Shown: one piece after another, positions 11,264-21,378 of the stretch
Layout: the number at the start of each line of letters is the position of its first letter
How positions within the stretch are numbered: position 1 is the first letter of the stretch
From: an uncultured Candidatus Micrarchaeota archaeon
GTDB lineage: Archaea > Micrarchaeota > Micrarchaeia > Anstonellales > Bilamarchaeaceae
DNA length: 64,000 bases
Assembly: GCA_963714085.1 (NCBI GenBank)
Contig: OY970229.1
Coordinates: 100,849-164,848 of the forward strand
Reading direction: 5' to 3'
Position numbers and translations under genes: made by a program
The notes under the pieces: generated by a model
The model's input: the letters and a program-made list of their open reading frames with translations, nothing else
What the model was told of the DNA's origin: nothing
Database searches by the model: none

Positions 11264-12298
11264 ATGCGGAGAAACACACCTGTTACAATATCCAAGACAT
11301 CCATGATAGCCTTGTCCGTCGCCGCGCTCACGGTTTTCGGGGCCTGGAAGGCCGGCGCCGATCCCGATCATGCCAAGAAGCCGGACCCGGTCCAGAAAGC
11401 GGCGGATGTCCCTGCCGCAACGCTCACCCCGGAGCACTGCACCGTCCATCCCGAGCTCGAGCTCTACGCGGGCAAGCGGAAGCTGGACCCGAAGCTCGTG
11501 CGCGCCGTGGCCATAGCGGAGAGCAACCTGGACGCATGCGCGGCCGCACGCGCAGGAAGCAGCTGGGGCCCGAACTGCTATTCGCTCGGCTATGATTATG
11601 TGCCTGACCCGGAGTCCAGATGCAACAACGCCTCCGAGAGCCCGGGACAGGCCGGCTCGCCCCTCTGGCGCTACTGCGGCCTGGGGCTCATGCAGACCCT
11701 GGAGCCCCCTTACACTTTCTGGCCCGCACTAGTTCCGGACGGGAAATACGGCCCGTACAGCTCCGGCGGCCAGAAGCAGCTCTTCCAGGAGGCGCAGCTC
11801 AGAGGCAGGATGAGCTTCCTGCTGGACGCGAAGGCGTGCTCGCCAGCGTTCAATCCGTTCAATCCGGAGCACTCCGCCTGCCTGGGGACCCACAAGCTCG
11901 CGGCAGCCATGGACGGGGCGGGGAAGCTGGCTGAGTCCAGCACGCAGGAGCTCGGGAATCCTGGCCTGGCGGCAACGAAAGCGATAACGGCGTATCTCGC
12001 GCTGCACTACTACTACGGCGACGGCGGCTATGCCCAGGGCTGGATAGCCGAGTTCGGAAGGCGCCGCGCGCAGACAAAGGAGTTCTGCGACAGGAAAGCT
12101 AGGAAGAAGGACCCGGTATGCGTGGAGCGGAAAATCTCCGCGCGCCCGGAATGCTACGGCATGGACGATTTCATCGCGTTCGTGCGGGAGTGCAGGTTCC
12201 GGGACGGCCCGGGGCAGAGCGAAGCGCCGTTCTACGGGGACTACGGCTCTAAGGTCCTCTCCGTGGCCAGGGGATTGGAGAACACCTGCGGGAAATAG
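11264..12298 (+). CDS. Predicted exported, Cys-rich lytic transglycosylase (SLT/GH23-like) protein
   Basis: Hydrophobic N-terminal helix; LDPKLVRAVAIAESN (catalytic E-S), GLGLMQ, NPFNPEHSACLG and ALHYYYG correspond to the SLT motifs. Confidence 0.78.
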   Translation: MRRNTPVTISKTSMIALSVAALTVFGAWKAGADPDHAKKPDPVQKAADVPAATLTPEHCTVHPELELYAGKRKLDPKLVRAVAIAESNLDACAAARAGSSWGPNCYSLGYDYVPDPESRCNNASESPGQAGSPLWRYCGLGLMQTLEPPYTFWPALVPDGKYGPYSSGGQKQLFQEAQLRGRMSFLLDAKACSPAFNPFNPEHSACLGTHKLAAAMDGAGKLAESSTQELGNPGLAATKAITAYLALHYYYGDGGYAQGWIAEFGRRRAQTKEFCDRKARKKDPVCVERKISARPECYGMDDFIAFVRECRFRDGPGQSEAPFYGDYGSKVLSVARGLENTCGK

Positions 12299-12396
12299 GA
12301 GCGGGAGGCTGCTTTTTAGTTTGTGCTCTTTATGTGTAAATTAGTGGAAAGGAAGGTTTATAATATGTTTATGCCTTACCTATAAATGGCGCAGTC

Positions 12397-14220
12397 ATGG
12401 GATCCAAACTCAGAAGTGATGCTAGAGGCAACGACACCAGGCCTAGCGCCAGCCCGGACATCTCAGCTGCGATAAGGGCATCAAAAAGAGGACCTGATAG
12501 GAACAGCGCCGCATTCAATGACGATTCCAGATTGGTAGTCAACGCAGGCAAGATAACGACCTTGATCACGGACCTCGACCGTACACTCTGGGAGGGTGTT
12601 CTCGCAGAGAAGCAGAAGGTGAGGGTAAACGACGAGTACTACGACTTTTTGAGATCGTTGCATAGAAAAGGGATAACTGTATTTGCCGTATCGAAGAACG
12701 ACGAAGAGGAGGTAAATGCGGCATTTGACAGGCTGGCGATAGACAAGGGATTGTTCACTGCGGTCATCGCGAACTGGGATCCGAAATATTTAACGATAGA
12801 GAGGCTTGTCCAGTGCACCGGATTAAGGCCTGAAACCGTCGTATTGGTAGATGATAATCCATTGGAAAGGACCGAGGTGAAGGCCCGGACTCCGCAGATA
12901 TACTGCATTGATAGTTCCAATTGGGATGTGTTACGCGGAGTCCCGTATATCATGCGGCGCAGGAACCAGGCATCGAGCGAGATACGGTCCAGGGCCAACC
13001 GCTACAAAACCGCCATCTATGCCTCGGATTCGAGACTCCGGGCTGCTGATGACGCCGAATTTTACCGGGGATTGAAAAGAGAGATCAGCATCGGCCAGAT
13101 AGGCGTGGATGATATCGGCCGTTATACCCGCCTGCTGGTGGAGACGCATCGCATCAACTTCAATCCAGGGAAATTCGCTGAGTACGGCGCAGCGCTGGAA
13201 TATCTGCACGAAAGGTTGAACGCGGGGGACAGGTTATTCGCGATTTCCACCAAAGAGCGCGGCATGTCATTGGGGCTCACCGGGGCCCTGGTCGTGCATC
13301 ACGAAAACGGCCGGGCCCGGATTACCGACGGGACCTTTTCCTGCGGCATAATCGGCAGGGATTTCGAGCAGAGGTCCATCCTTGCGTTGATTGAGATCCT
13401 GAAACGGGAGGCCGTAGCCACGCTCGAGGTCTGCGTGACCCCCACAGGGACGAACAAGCGGATGAAAGACATACTGGTCAGCCTTGGTTTTTCGGAAGAA
13501 AGACAAGAAGATGGCAAAATCATATACTCGATGGATATCACGCACTACGCACCCAAAGAGACTTATGGCTGGATCGCATTGAGCACCGAAGCTCCGGAAT
13601 TGGACTATGAGGGTCATCCTGCGGTAATCGGATTTTTCGATGCGCACGTCAAGCCGCTGATCCGGGAAAGATCCAACCTGGTGAACATCGGTTCAAGCCG
13701 CGGGGAGGTCCTGGGTTTCCTTCAAGATGACGTCCGGGAGGAGTTTGACCGGTTTTTAGCTGCCAGAAAGGCGAATTATCTGAAGATAGACAAAATCGCA
13801 TACCCGGGCGAGGATAACATTGTCGCTGACGCAGAGGATCTCAAGGGAATCGTACCCAACAGAAGCCAGGACCTGGTGATGGCAGTCGAATTGCTCGAGC
13901 ACACGGAGCATTTCTGGCTGGTGATAAACGAGATGAACAGGATTGCCAAACAGGACGGCCTCATATTCCTGACCGTGCCCTCGTTCAACTATCCGAAACA
14001 TGAATACCCTATTGATCTCTGGCGTATCGGCCCCGAAACAATCTCCAAATTTTTCCCTCCCGCATATTTCGAGACCTTGCGTCTTGAGACCGAAGGGATG
14101 GAAAAGAGCCCGAGGAGAACGATGATCCTCGTGAGAAAATTAAAGGACGGGTCCCCGGAGCAAGGCATGCCTGAAGGGGGAAGAACAAACTGGAAAACGG
14201 GATTGACTCTTTTCCCCTGA
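12397..14220 (+). CDS. FkbH-like HAD-IIIC phosphatase/acyltransferase fused to a C-terminal class I SAM methyltransferase-like domain
   Basis: TDLDRTLWEGV, SKND, NWDPK, VDDNPLER and FSCGIIGR (FkbH); ELLEH..LTVP..HEYPIDLWR (Methyltransf_11-like). Confidence 0.8.
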   Translation: MGSKLRSDARGNDTRPSASPDISAAIRASKRGPDRNSAAFNDDSRLVVNAGKITTLITDLDRTLWEGVLAEKQKVRVNDEYYDFLRSLHRKGITVFAVSKNDEEEVNAAFDRLAIDKGLFTAVIANWDPKYLTIERLVQCTGLRPETVVLVDDNPLERTEVKARTPQIYCIDSSNWDVLRGVPYIMRRRNQASSEIRSRANRYKTAIYASDSRLRAADDAEFYRGLKREISIGQIGVDDIGRYTRLLVETHRINFNPGKFAEYGAALEYLHERLNAGDRLFAISTKERGMSLGLTGALVVHHENGRARITDGTFSCGIIGRDFEQRSILALIEILKREAVATLEVCVTPTGTNKRMKDILVSLGFSEERQEDGKIIYSMDITHYAPKETYGWIALSTEAPELDYEGHPAVIGFFDAHVKPLIRERSNLVNIGSSRGEVLGFLQDDVREEFDRFLAARKANYLKIDKIAYPGEDNIVADAEDLKGIVPNRSQDLVMAVELLEHTEHFWLVINEMNRIAKQDGLIFLTVPSFNYPKHEYPIDLWRIGPETISKFFPPAYFETLRLETEGMEKSPRRTMILVRKLKDGSPEQGMPEGGRTNWKTGLTLFP

Positions 14221-14389
14221 TACGGCATCTTGGCATGCGGAACCGCGCCGCCGGACGGCATATTCAAGAATCAACGCAACACATACTTTTCTATAATTTA
14301 CGTTGATCCGAGAAAAAGGCGTTTAGCGCCCCTTCCGCGCTCCTGCCACGAAAAAAAAGCTTATAAAACTAGTCTGAGTAAGCCCCCCA

Positions 14390-15100
14390 ATGGCCGGAAT
14401 AACGCTCATCCTCGCTTTCATCGCGGGCGTCGTCTCGTTCCTCAGCCCGTGCGTCCTGCCGCTCATACCGGCATACCTCACCTTCCTGGCAGGCACTACG
14501 GTGCAGAAGACGTATTCCCCGAAGATACGGACCGAGATATTCCTGAGCAGCGTCTCGTTCGTGCTCGGCTTCTCGGTCTTGTTCTCCATCCTGGGCATAT
14601 TGCTCCAGAGCGTCCTGTCCAAGTTCGCGTACTCCGTGCTCACCTACCTGAGCTACATCGGCGGCGCCGTGATAATCTTCTTCGGCCTGATGATGATAGG
14701 CTTGATAGAGATACCCGCGCTGTCCATCGAGCACAAGGTCAAGGTGGAGCGGACGAACATATCTTACATCACGTCATTCATCTTCGGGGCCGCATTCGCG
14801 GTGGGCTGGACCCCGTGCGTGGGCGCGGTGCTGGGCAGCATCCTCACGCTGGCGATAACCCAGCCAGGGTCCTCGTTCCCGCTCATGCTCAGCTACTCCG
14901 TAGGGTTGGGCGTTCCGTTCCTGCTGGTCGGGCTTTTCGTGTCCCAGGCGTCCAGGGCCATACAGTACATCGGCCCGTACCTGAAGTGGCTCAACCTGAT
15001 CTTCGGGATCGTACTCATAATACTCGGGATCCTCGTCTTCACCCAGACCCTGCCCCTGGTGGCTAACATAGGGTTCCTCAACGACTGGCTCCTCAAGTGA
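14390..15100 (+). CDS. ccdA: CcdA/DsbD-type transmembrane electron transporter
   Basis: SFLSPCVLPLIPAYL and WTPCVGAVLGSIL. Confidence 0.93.
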   Translation: MAGITLILAFIAGVVSFLSPCVLPLIPAYLTFLAGTTVQKTYSPKIRTEIFLSSVSFVLGFSVLFSILGILLQSVLSKFAYSVLTYLSYIGGAVIIFFGLMMIGLIEIPALSIEHKVKVERTNISYITSFIFGAAFAVGWTPCVGAVLGSILTLAITQPGSSFPLMLSYSVGLGVPFLLVGLFVSQASRAIQYIGPYLKWLNLIFGIVLIILGILVFTQTLPLVANIGFLNDWLLK

Positions 15101-15104
15101 TTCT

Positions 15105-16229
15105 ATGAAAGCCAACGACCCGGTGACAATAGTAATAGCGATCCTGATCATCATCGCCGCCATACTGTTCATCAGGTGGACCGGCGCAGGCGCGGTGGTG
15201 ACCACGCCGGTGGTGAACACGGTGGCTAACGGCATCGGCAACGCCCTGAACGTGACTTCCAACCAAAGCGCGGTCGGCGAGGGCTCCCTGTTCCAGAAGG
15301 CGCCGGAGCTCACGGGGATATCCGGCTACATAAACGCTCCGAGCAATCTCACCATCGCGAGCCTCGGGGGCGACGTGGTGCTCGTGGATTTCTGGACCTA
15401 CTCGTGCATAAACTGCATACGCACCCTCCCCTACCTGGAGGCGTGGGAGCAGAAGTACGGCCCCATGGGCTTCGTCATAATAGGCGTGCAGTCCCCTGAA
15501 TTCGAGTTCGAGAAGGATTTCAACAACGTCCAGGCGGCGGTCACGAAGTACAACATCACCTATCCGGTCGTGCTGGACAACGACCACGCGACCTGGAACG
15601 CGTACCAGAACCTCTACTGGCCCGAGGATTACCTGGTGGACGCCGACGGCTACATAAGATACACCCACATCGGCGAGGGCGACTATGACACCACGGAGTC
15701 GGAGATCCAGCAGCTGCTCATGGAGAGGAACCAGAACGCGTCGCCGGGCGGGATCGTGGCGAGCAACATCAGCGCGAACTACGACCTCTCTAAAATCGGC
15801 ACCCCGGAGATATATCTGGGCTATTCCTTCGCAAGGCAGCCCATCGGCAACCCGCAGGGCTTCGTGCGGGACCAGGTCGTGGACTATTCCATCCCCCAGG
15901 CCATGCAGACCAATGTCGTCTATTTCTCCGGGTCCTGGCTGAACAACCCGGACAACATGGAGCTCTCTTCGGACACCGGCAAGATAATCCTGACATACTA
16001 CGCGAAGAACGTGAACATCGTGGCCGGAGGGAACGGCACACTCAACCTCCTGCTGGACGACGCCGCGCCGTCCCCTGACCAGTACGGCCTGGACGATGCG
16101 AATGGGACCGTGACCGTGAACCAGGAGCGGCTCTACAGTTTGATAGACGACACGGGCTACAACCAGAGGACGCTGGAGATAGATGCCACTGGGAAAGGAT
16201 TCAGGATTTACACATTCACGTTCGGCTAG
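15105..16229 (+). CDS. Membrane-anchored thioredoxin-like redoxin with DipZ C-terminal domain
   Basis: DFWTYSCINC, SPEFEFEK, GEGDY, TPEIYLG and terminal YTFTFG. Confidence 0.9.
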   Translation: MKANDPVTIVIAILIIIAAILFIRWTGAGAVVTTPVVNTVANGIGNALNVTSNQSAVGEGSLFQKAPELTGISGYINAPSNLTIASLGGDVVLVDFWTYSCINCIRTLPYLEAWEQKYGPMGFVIIGVQSPEFEFEKDFNNVQAAVTKYNITYPVVLDNDHATWNAYQNLYWPEDYLVDADGYIRYTHIGEGDYDTTESEIQQLLMERNQNASPGGIVASNISANYDLSKIGTPEIYLGYSFARQPIGNPQGFVRDQVVDYSIPQAMQTNVVYFSGSWLNNPDNMELSSDTGKIILTYYAKNVNIVAGGNGTLNLLLDDAAPSPDQYGLDDANGTVTVNQERLYSLIDDTGYNQRTLEIDATGKGFRIYTFTFG

Positions 16230-16265
16230 GCCGCGGATCGGGCCCGTCTTTTTGCCTTCGATGCG

Positions 16266-17189
16266 TCAAACCGACAGCCTATCCAGCGTATCGCAGATTA
16301 TCTCGAGCGACTCCTTGAAGGTTTCTTCGTTCAGGATGGAACCGGGCAGTATGTAGGCCGCCCGTTCGTTGGTTATATTGAATAACGCCCATTGTCCGTC
16401 AAAACGCGTGCTTCTCCAAAGAATCGAGTACATCCCGAGCTTGTCGATGCGCTGGTAGATGTCCTCCAGGCCGGCGGCCACCATCCGCTCTTTGCTGTCG
16501 AAGATCATCTTCGGATCCCTTCCCGATCTGTTCGGGGTCTTGATGCTCAATCCGACGCTTTGGCCCAAGCCGCTCGGGGTGAACAGCTGGATATTGAAAT
16601 CCCGTCCCCTGTAAGCGCCATCCCATCCGGTCGCGACCTTGGCAAAACCGTTTTTTTGCAGGACCGGTTCTATCGAAGACGCCGCGGTATCTTTTGATTT
16701 TTTAGCCTCGGCGCTGAGAACGAAGAATAGCAAGACCGCTATCGGGATTATGAATCCGATGAGGATGTAACCGGATTGGGTGGTGAAGAGGGTGGAAGCG
16801 AGCCGTGATTGGTCCGGTGCATCGGGATTCACGAGGATTCCGATTTCGGACTCTCCGGTGTTCGCATTCGTTGTGCCTCCGACCTCGCCTACGAACTGGA
16901 TGGTGGACGGTGCGACATCGCTTGAGCAGCAATGGCCCGAATACTGGTTTTCGTTATAGGGATAAGCGTAGGTCATATTGACTATGTGCGAGCAGGATCC
17001 GTGCGTATCGCAGTTTGAAATCGCGTTTTCATCGAAGTGGGTGACCGTCGCATTGACTGGTCTCCAGGTGCTGAGGATGACATAGTCGGAATACAGCGAC
17101 TGTACGCCGATGAAGATGAAGCAGAGGCCTATGAGCACCGCGAGACAGATTACGTACTTTGCGTAGTACGGCATTGCCATGGCCAGCAT
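16266..17189 (-). CDS. DUF3592-like membrane protein
   Basis: Two TM helices flanking W-x-x-V-x-A-x-V..YAY..VNPDAPDQS. Confidence 0.6.
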   Translation of the reverse strand: MLAMAMPYYAKYVICLAVLIGLCFIFIGVQSLYSDYVILSTWRPVNATVTHFDENAISNCDTHGSCSHIVNMTYAYPYNENQYSGHCCSSDVAPSTIQFVGEVGGTTNANTGESEIGILVNPDAPDQSRLASTLFTTQSGYILIGFIIPIAVLLFFVLSAEAKKSKDTAASSIEPVLQKNGFAKVATGWDGAYRGRDFNIQLFTPSGLGQSVGLSIKTPNRSGRDPKMIFDSKERMVAAGLEDIYQRIDKLGMYSILWRSTRFDGQWALFNITNERAAYILPGSILNEETFKESLEIICDTLDRLSV

Positions 17190-17251
17190 AGGGACTGGTT
17201 ATTATTTTAAGGTTTGGCACGCCACCGGGATTGAGCCGGCCATGCCAAGCT

Positions 17252-18166
17252 CTACCGCTTCTTCTGCAGCCACTCGTACGCGCAATACGAGGCCAGCACC
17301 GCCTCCCCTGCGCCCACTATCGCCTGCTTGAACACCGTGTCCGCGACGTCGCCGCACGCGTACACGCCAGGGACGCTCGTCTCCGCGCGCCTGTTGATCA
17401 TGATCTCTCCTTTTTCGTTGAGCTTGGCACCCAGCTGCTTCGCGAGCTCGGAGTTCGGAGTCCTCCCGATCTCCACGAACACGCCGTCCACCTTGAAGTC
17501 ATGAGAGCCGTTGTACGGCTTGTCCAGGACGAGATTCTCGAGCCGCCCCTTCCCAGCGAACTCCTTCACGTTCGTCTTGTTCATTATCTCTATCTTGCTG
17601 TTCGCCATCGCGCGCTCGAGGTTGACCGGCTCCGCGCGCACCTTCTCGCCCCTGTAGATGATGTAGACCTTCTTCGCCCATTGCGTGAGCAATAAAGCCT
17701 CCTTGACCGCGGAGTCGCTCCCGCCTATCACCGCTATGCTCTTGTCCCTGTAGAAGACCCCGTCGCAGAGCGCGCAGGTGTGCACGCCCTTGTTCTCCAG
17801 CTCGGTCTCGCCCGGGATGCCCATCTTGCGCGTGGCGCTGCCTGTCGCGAGTATGAGCGCCCTGGAGGAGTATGTTTTGCCCTCGGCGTCCGTGACCGTG
17901 AACCCGTCCTTGGTCTTCTCGGCCTTGACCGCCTTCGCATCCACGATCTCCGGCTTGTACTCGTTGGCGTGCTGCTCTATGTTATTGGCCAGGTCCATGC
18001 CGTTGATGGACTTTATGCCGGGCCAGTTCGTGACGTGGTTGGTGAGGATTATCGTGCCGCCACGGCTCTCCGCTATGACGAGCGTGCTCAGCTTCAGCCT
18101 GCCGCAGTACATGGCCGCGGAGAAACCCGCGACCCCGCCCCCGATGATGGCGATGTCGTATTCCAT
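17252..18166 (-). CDS. trxB: Thioredoxin-disulfide reductase
   Basis: IIGGGVAG, ILATG, CALCDG, IGGSDSA and GVYACGDV. Confidence 0.94.
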   Translation of the reverse strand: MEYDIAIIGGGVAGFSAAMYCGRLKLSTLVIAESRGGTIILTNHVTNWPGIKSINGMDLANNIEQHANEYKPEIVDAKAVKAEKTKDGFTVTDAEGKTYSSRALILATGSATRKMGIPGETELENKGVHTCALCDGVFYRDKSIAVIGGSDSAVKEALLLTQWAKKVYIIYRGEKVRAEPVNLERAMANSKIEIMNKTNVKEFAGKGRLENLVLDKPYNGSHDFKVDGVFVEIGRTPNSELAKQLGAKLNEKGEIMINRRAETSVPGVYACGDVADTVFKQAIVGAGEAVLASYCAYEWLQKKR

Positions 18167-18170
18167 GCGC

Positions 18171-18428
18171 TCACGCAAGGCCGAGCGCCTTCTTTATCGC
18201 CGGCTGGTTGAAGCCGATTATCACGTCCTTGTCTATCAGGATGACCGGGATGCCGGTCTGGCCGGAGACCTGCTGGACCTCGGCCGCGTACTTCTGGTTC
18301 ACGCCCACGTCCCTCATCTCGAACTTTATCTTGTTCGCGTTGAGGAAATCCATGGCCTTGTGGCACCAGGGGCACCATTCCGCCGAATAGACGATCACCT
18401 TTTTCTCCGCAGCTTTTTTTTCCGCCAT
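18171..18428 (-). CDS. Glutaredoxin/NrdH-like protein
   Basis: WCPWC, GQTGIPV and IIGFN. Confidence 0.9.
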   Translation of the reverse strand: MAEKKAAEKKVIVYSAEWCPWCHKAMDFLNANKIKFEMRDVGVNQKYAAEVQQVSGQTGIPVILIDKDVIIGFNQPAIKKALGLA

Positions 18429-18544
18429 AAACACTACCTCTCTGTCCGTGTTTAGGCTAGCTATATTTTAAAACCTGTTACTGAGGTTCGTTCCGACTGG
18501 CGGCGAAAAATCGCGGAATAAAAAAAATGAAGAAATGCCTGGCC

Positions 18545-19312
18545 TCAGGCAAAAGACGTTGCGTATATGTCCCTCCTCGAGTTCAGGTAGGCCAGCAGCG
18601 CGCTCGTTTTGGCCGGGTTGTTCTTGAACAGAGCGAGATATGCGTTCGCCTTGTTCTGGAAATCGTTCGCATACGCATCTCCGCCGTTTATCGCCTTTCC
18701 GACCGACCAGTAGCTCTTGGATTGCGCCAGGGATACCAGTCCCTTCCCCTTATAATACGCCACGAATATCTTCGCTGCGTAATTCGGCTGCAGGGCCTTG
18801 ATCTGGGGGCACACCGCCGCGTTGGTCGCAGTGCACTTCCACTGGTTTTTGCATCCACATACGTTGGTCTGTGGCGTCGAGGTGCCGATACAGTCAGAGC
18901 CGCAGTACGTCTGATAATTGTACTTGTGCGTTATCTGTATGTAGCCCCTGCCTTTGTAATCAACGCCTCCGTCATAGGGCGTCGATCTGCACGCGCCGTT
19001 GATCTTGTAGGTGCATCCCGGCCCCATGCCGTAATCCCCGTTCTCCTCGCCAGGCACATAGCCTATCCCTCCAACCTCCTTATCCAGCGTCGCCATGGTC
19101 GCGGCAAGCAGTTCTGGAGTCATGCTCATCCCGTTGTCGTTGAACGACAGGGAGATTGACCGCAACGCGGTTTGCAAATTCGCGTTCGAGGTCGAGCCAT
19201 GATTGAACAGCGCAGGGAAGTCGCTGCTTCCCGTGTACGCAAATGCCGCCCCCGCCATCTGGCATAAGACCAGGATGGCAAACACCAGTCCGAATCTTTT
19301 CATGGTTTTCAT
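18545..19312 (-). CDS. Predicted secreted GH19 family glycoside hydrolase (chitinase/endolysin-like)
   Basis: Signal peptide MKRFGLVFAILVLCQMAGA; KEVGG..EE (catalytic Glu region), YKGRGYIQITHKYNY and AINGG. Confidence 0.85.
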   Translation of the reverse strand: MKTMKRFGLVFAILVLCQMAGAAFAYTGSSDFPALFNHGSTSNANLQTALRSISLSFNDNGMSMTPELLAATMATLDKEVGGIGYVPGEENGDYGMGPGCTYKINGACRSTPYDGGVDYKGRGYIQITHKYNYQTYCGSDCIGTSTPQTNVCGCKNQWKCTATNAAVCPQIKALQPNYAAKIFVAYYKGKGLVSLAQSKSYWSVGKAINGGDAYANDFQNKANAYLALFKNNPAKTSALLAYLNSRRDIYATSFA

Positions 19313-19440
19313 AGATACCACGTAATCATCTGGGAGTGCCGGGTGCATTAGGCTGGCGCCGCTGTCGGACGGCCCCAGACCGCTTCCTGGCCGCTGTGGA
19401 GCGGTGGCAGGATGATATTCTTGCGTGCCATCAGCATATC

Positions 19441-20010
19441 ATGGCAAGGGGCGAGGCGGCGGGCGCAAGGCTCATGGAGGTGTCGGACCGGCTCGTCGGG
19501 ATACGCGCCGGCATCCGGAGGCCGAACGTGGAATCCAAGATACGCGTGCTTAGGGAGAAGGTGCGCAGGATCGCGTCCGGGCGCTGCACCGCGGAGCAGG
19601 CGGACAGGTTGATTGAGATACTCTGCCTTCCGGTGGACCTGGATTTCCGCCAGAGGATGGAACTCGAGTCGTTCGACGCCGCGAGCCTGGCGAAGAAGAG
19701 CCTGGCTCTCGCGGAGCTGATGGCCTGCACCCCGGAGCTCGGGGCGCTCCAGTTCTGGCGGCCCGGCCTTGGCCCGGCGGCCCTGGGGGGCGCGGACGCG
19801 AAAAAGAGGATGTCCAGGCTGAGGCTCATGCCAGAGGTAAGGCGAAGGAAGAAGGATCGCATATTCCGCATGTTGAAGATCCCGGCATCCGTGGAGACGC
19901 TAGTCCATGACATAGAGCGCGATTACATGGTCCTTGACGAATGCCGGAAGCTCGAGGAGAAAATCGACCATTGCCTTTCGAAGATAAAGGAAAACCTGGC
20001 GCGGCTTTAA
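19441..20010 (+). CDS. Hypothetical helical protein (start uncertain)
   Basis: Longest ORF in the gap, with GC3-rich codons. Confidence 0.5.
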   Translation: MARGEAAGARLMEVSDRLVGIRAGIRRPNVESKIRVLREKVRRIASGRCTAEQADRLIEILCLPVDLDFRQRMELESFDAASLAKKSLALAELMACTPELGALQFWRPGLGPAALGGADAKKRMSRLRLMPEVRRRKKDRIFRMLKIPASVETLVHDIERDYMVLDECRKLEEKIDHCLSKIKENLARL

Positions 20011-20055
20011 GCCTTCAGGGCGCTTTTTAAACTGTATTACTAAAAATGTTAAAGT

Positions 20056-21378
20056 ATGGCTGCAACGCCTAGGTGCGGGCTTCAGATACCGAAAAGATGC
20101 CCCGAATGGCTCCACATCCCCAGCGATACCGCGGCATGGCATAGCAAGAGGCCGTGGGTCGACCGGCCGGAATGCGACTATTACGACTGGGCCAGGGGCG
20201 TGCGCTCCGCCGACGCCGCACACCAGCTGGCGCACAGGAGCTTCGAATCGCTTTTCAGCCTCAGCCTCCGCGAGGTTGCGGACAGGCACGCCCAGGTGGC
20301 AGAAGAAGTGCGGGGAAAGATCTGCAGCGCGTTCAACAGGAACCCGGCGAACAGCGTCAGGCCCGAGCACGTCGTTCTGGGGCAAAGCATCTCCGAGCTG
20401 TCCAATCTGGCCGCGTATCTGCTGTTCTTGAGCTTCCAGAAATTCTGCATTCCGGAGGAAGGCAGGTACACGTATCAGCAGTTTTTCAACGCATTATACC
20501 TTCCAGCCGAGGTGGCGAGAAAAAAGGCCACGCAACAGGTTTTCCGCGTCAATGCCGGTTATCCGTTCTATGAGTACAAACCTGAAAAAATCGAAGCATG
20601 CGGAGGCAATCCTTACGACTGCTATTGCGACTTCAGCCGTATGGCGGCTGGCAGGGAACTGCCCATAAGCGCATGGGAACTCGCTACCCGGGAGGTTTCC
20701 CATGACGGTTTTTGTTCGTGCGTCCATCACAAGCGAATGCCACGCATCGATAAAGAACCGGAAGGCATTTTTAGATTTGGCGACGGGGCGCATGTGAGCA
20801 ATTTTTCCGAGATTGACCTCGCGCGATGGGACGCGTTATTCGGCAGTTTCGGAAAGTTTTTGGGCGGGGAACCGCTTGCCTTTGCGATAATGAGCGACCG
20901 GATGCTCGATCATCTGGAAAAATCCGGGCACGGGCTCAGAAAAATCGCAGGCCAATTCGCACCAGAAGCAGGTTTAGGTGCGGATTGCACCGAAACCGCC
21001 CATTGGATATCTTTGCCGGAATTGGAGGCTGCGAATGCCGTTTTGGGCCATTATCTGTCTTTGCCGCAACTGCCCATGCATTATGCATATTCTCATTGCG
21101 CCACGTCTGGCAGTTACTATGAAGGTTACGCGCGGCTGCTCAGGGTCGTTTCGGAATCATTCGCCGAATACAAGGGCCTCGGAATAGGCTATATCGAAAA
21201 TGCATGTGACAATCCAGTTTGTTGGTCCTACAGGTTCCGGGTGTCATTTTCACAGTACCAGGCTGTGGACCCCGAACGGGCCAGGAAGATGCTCGATGAC
21301 GCCAATCAGGTCTATCAGCATTTGAGGACCCGGGAAGCGTTGGAGAGGAAAGTGCTATGGGTTCCGAAATCCGAATAG
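20056..21378 (+). CDS. Divergent PLP-dependent class V aminotransferase-like protein
   Basis: DGAHVSNFSEIDLARWDALFGSFGKFLGG resembles the DxAQ..D..SxxK PLP site of class V enzymes. Confidence 0.55.
   Translation: MAATPRCGLQIPKRCPEWLHIPSDTAAWHSKRPWVDRPECDYYDWARGVRSADAAHQLAHRSFESLFSLSLREVADRHAQVAEEVRGKICSAFNRNPANSVRPEHVVLGQSISELSNLAAYLLFLSFQKFCIPEEGRYTYQQFFNALYLPAEVARKKATQQVFRVNAGYPFYEYKPEKIEACGGNPYDCYCDFSRMAAGRELPISAWELATREVSHDGFCSCVHHKRMPRIDKEPEGIFRFGDGAHVSNFSEIDLARWDALFGSFGKFLGGEPLAFAIMSDRMLDHLEKSGHGLRKIAGQFAPEAGLGADCTETAHWISLPELEAANAVLGHYLSLPQLPMHYAYSHCATSGSYYEGYARLLRVVSESFAEYKGLGIGYIENACDNPVCWSYRFRVSFSQYQAVDPERARKMLDDANQVYQHLRTREALERKVLWVPKSE

Noticed and set aside
14390..18428. CcdA/DipZ/TrxB/Grx cluster as a novel system
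   Set aside because: It is a well-known thiol-redox module.
11264..19312. Prophage explaining the SLT and GH19 genes
   Set aside because: No capsid, terminase, holin or integrase genes are present, and housekeeping redox genes lie between them.
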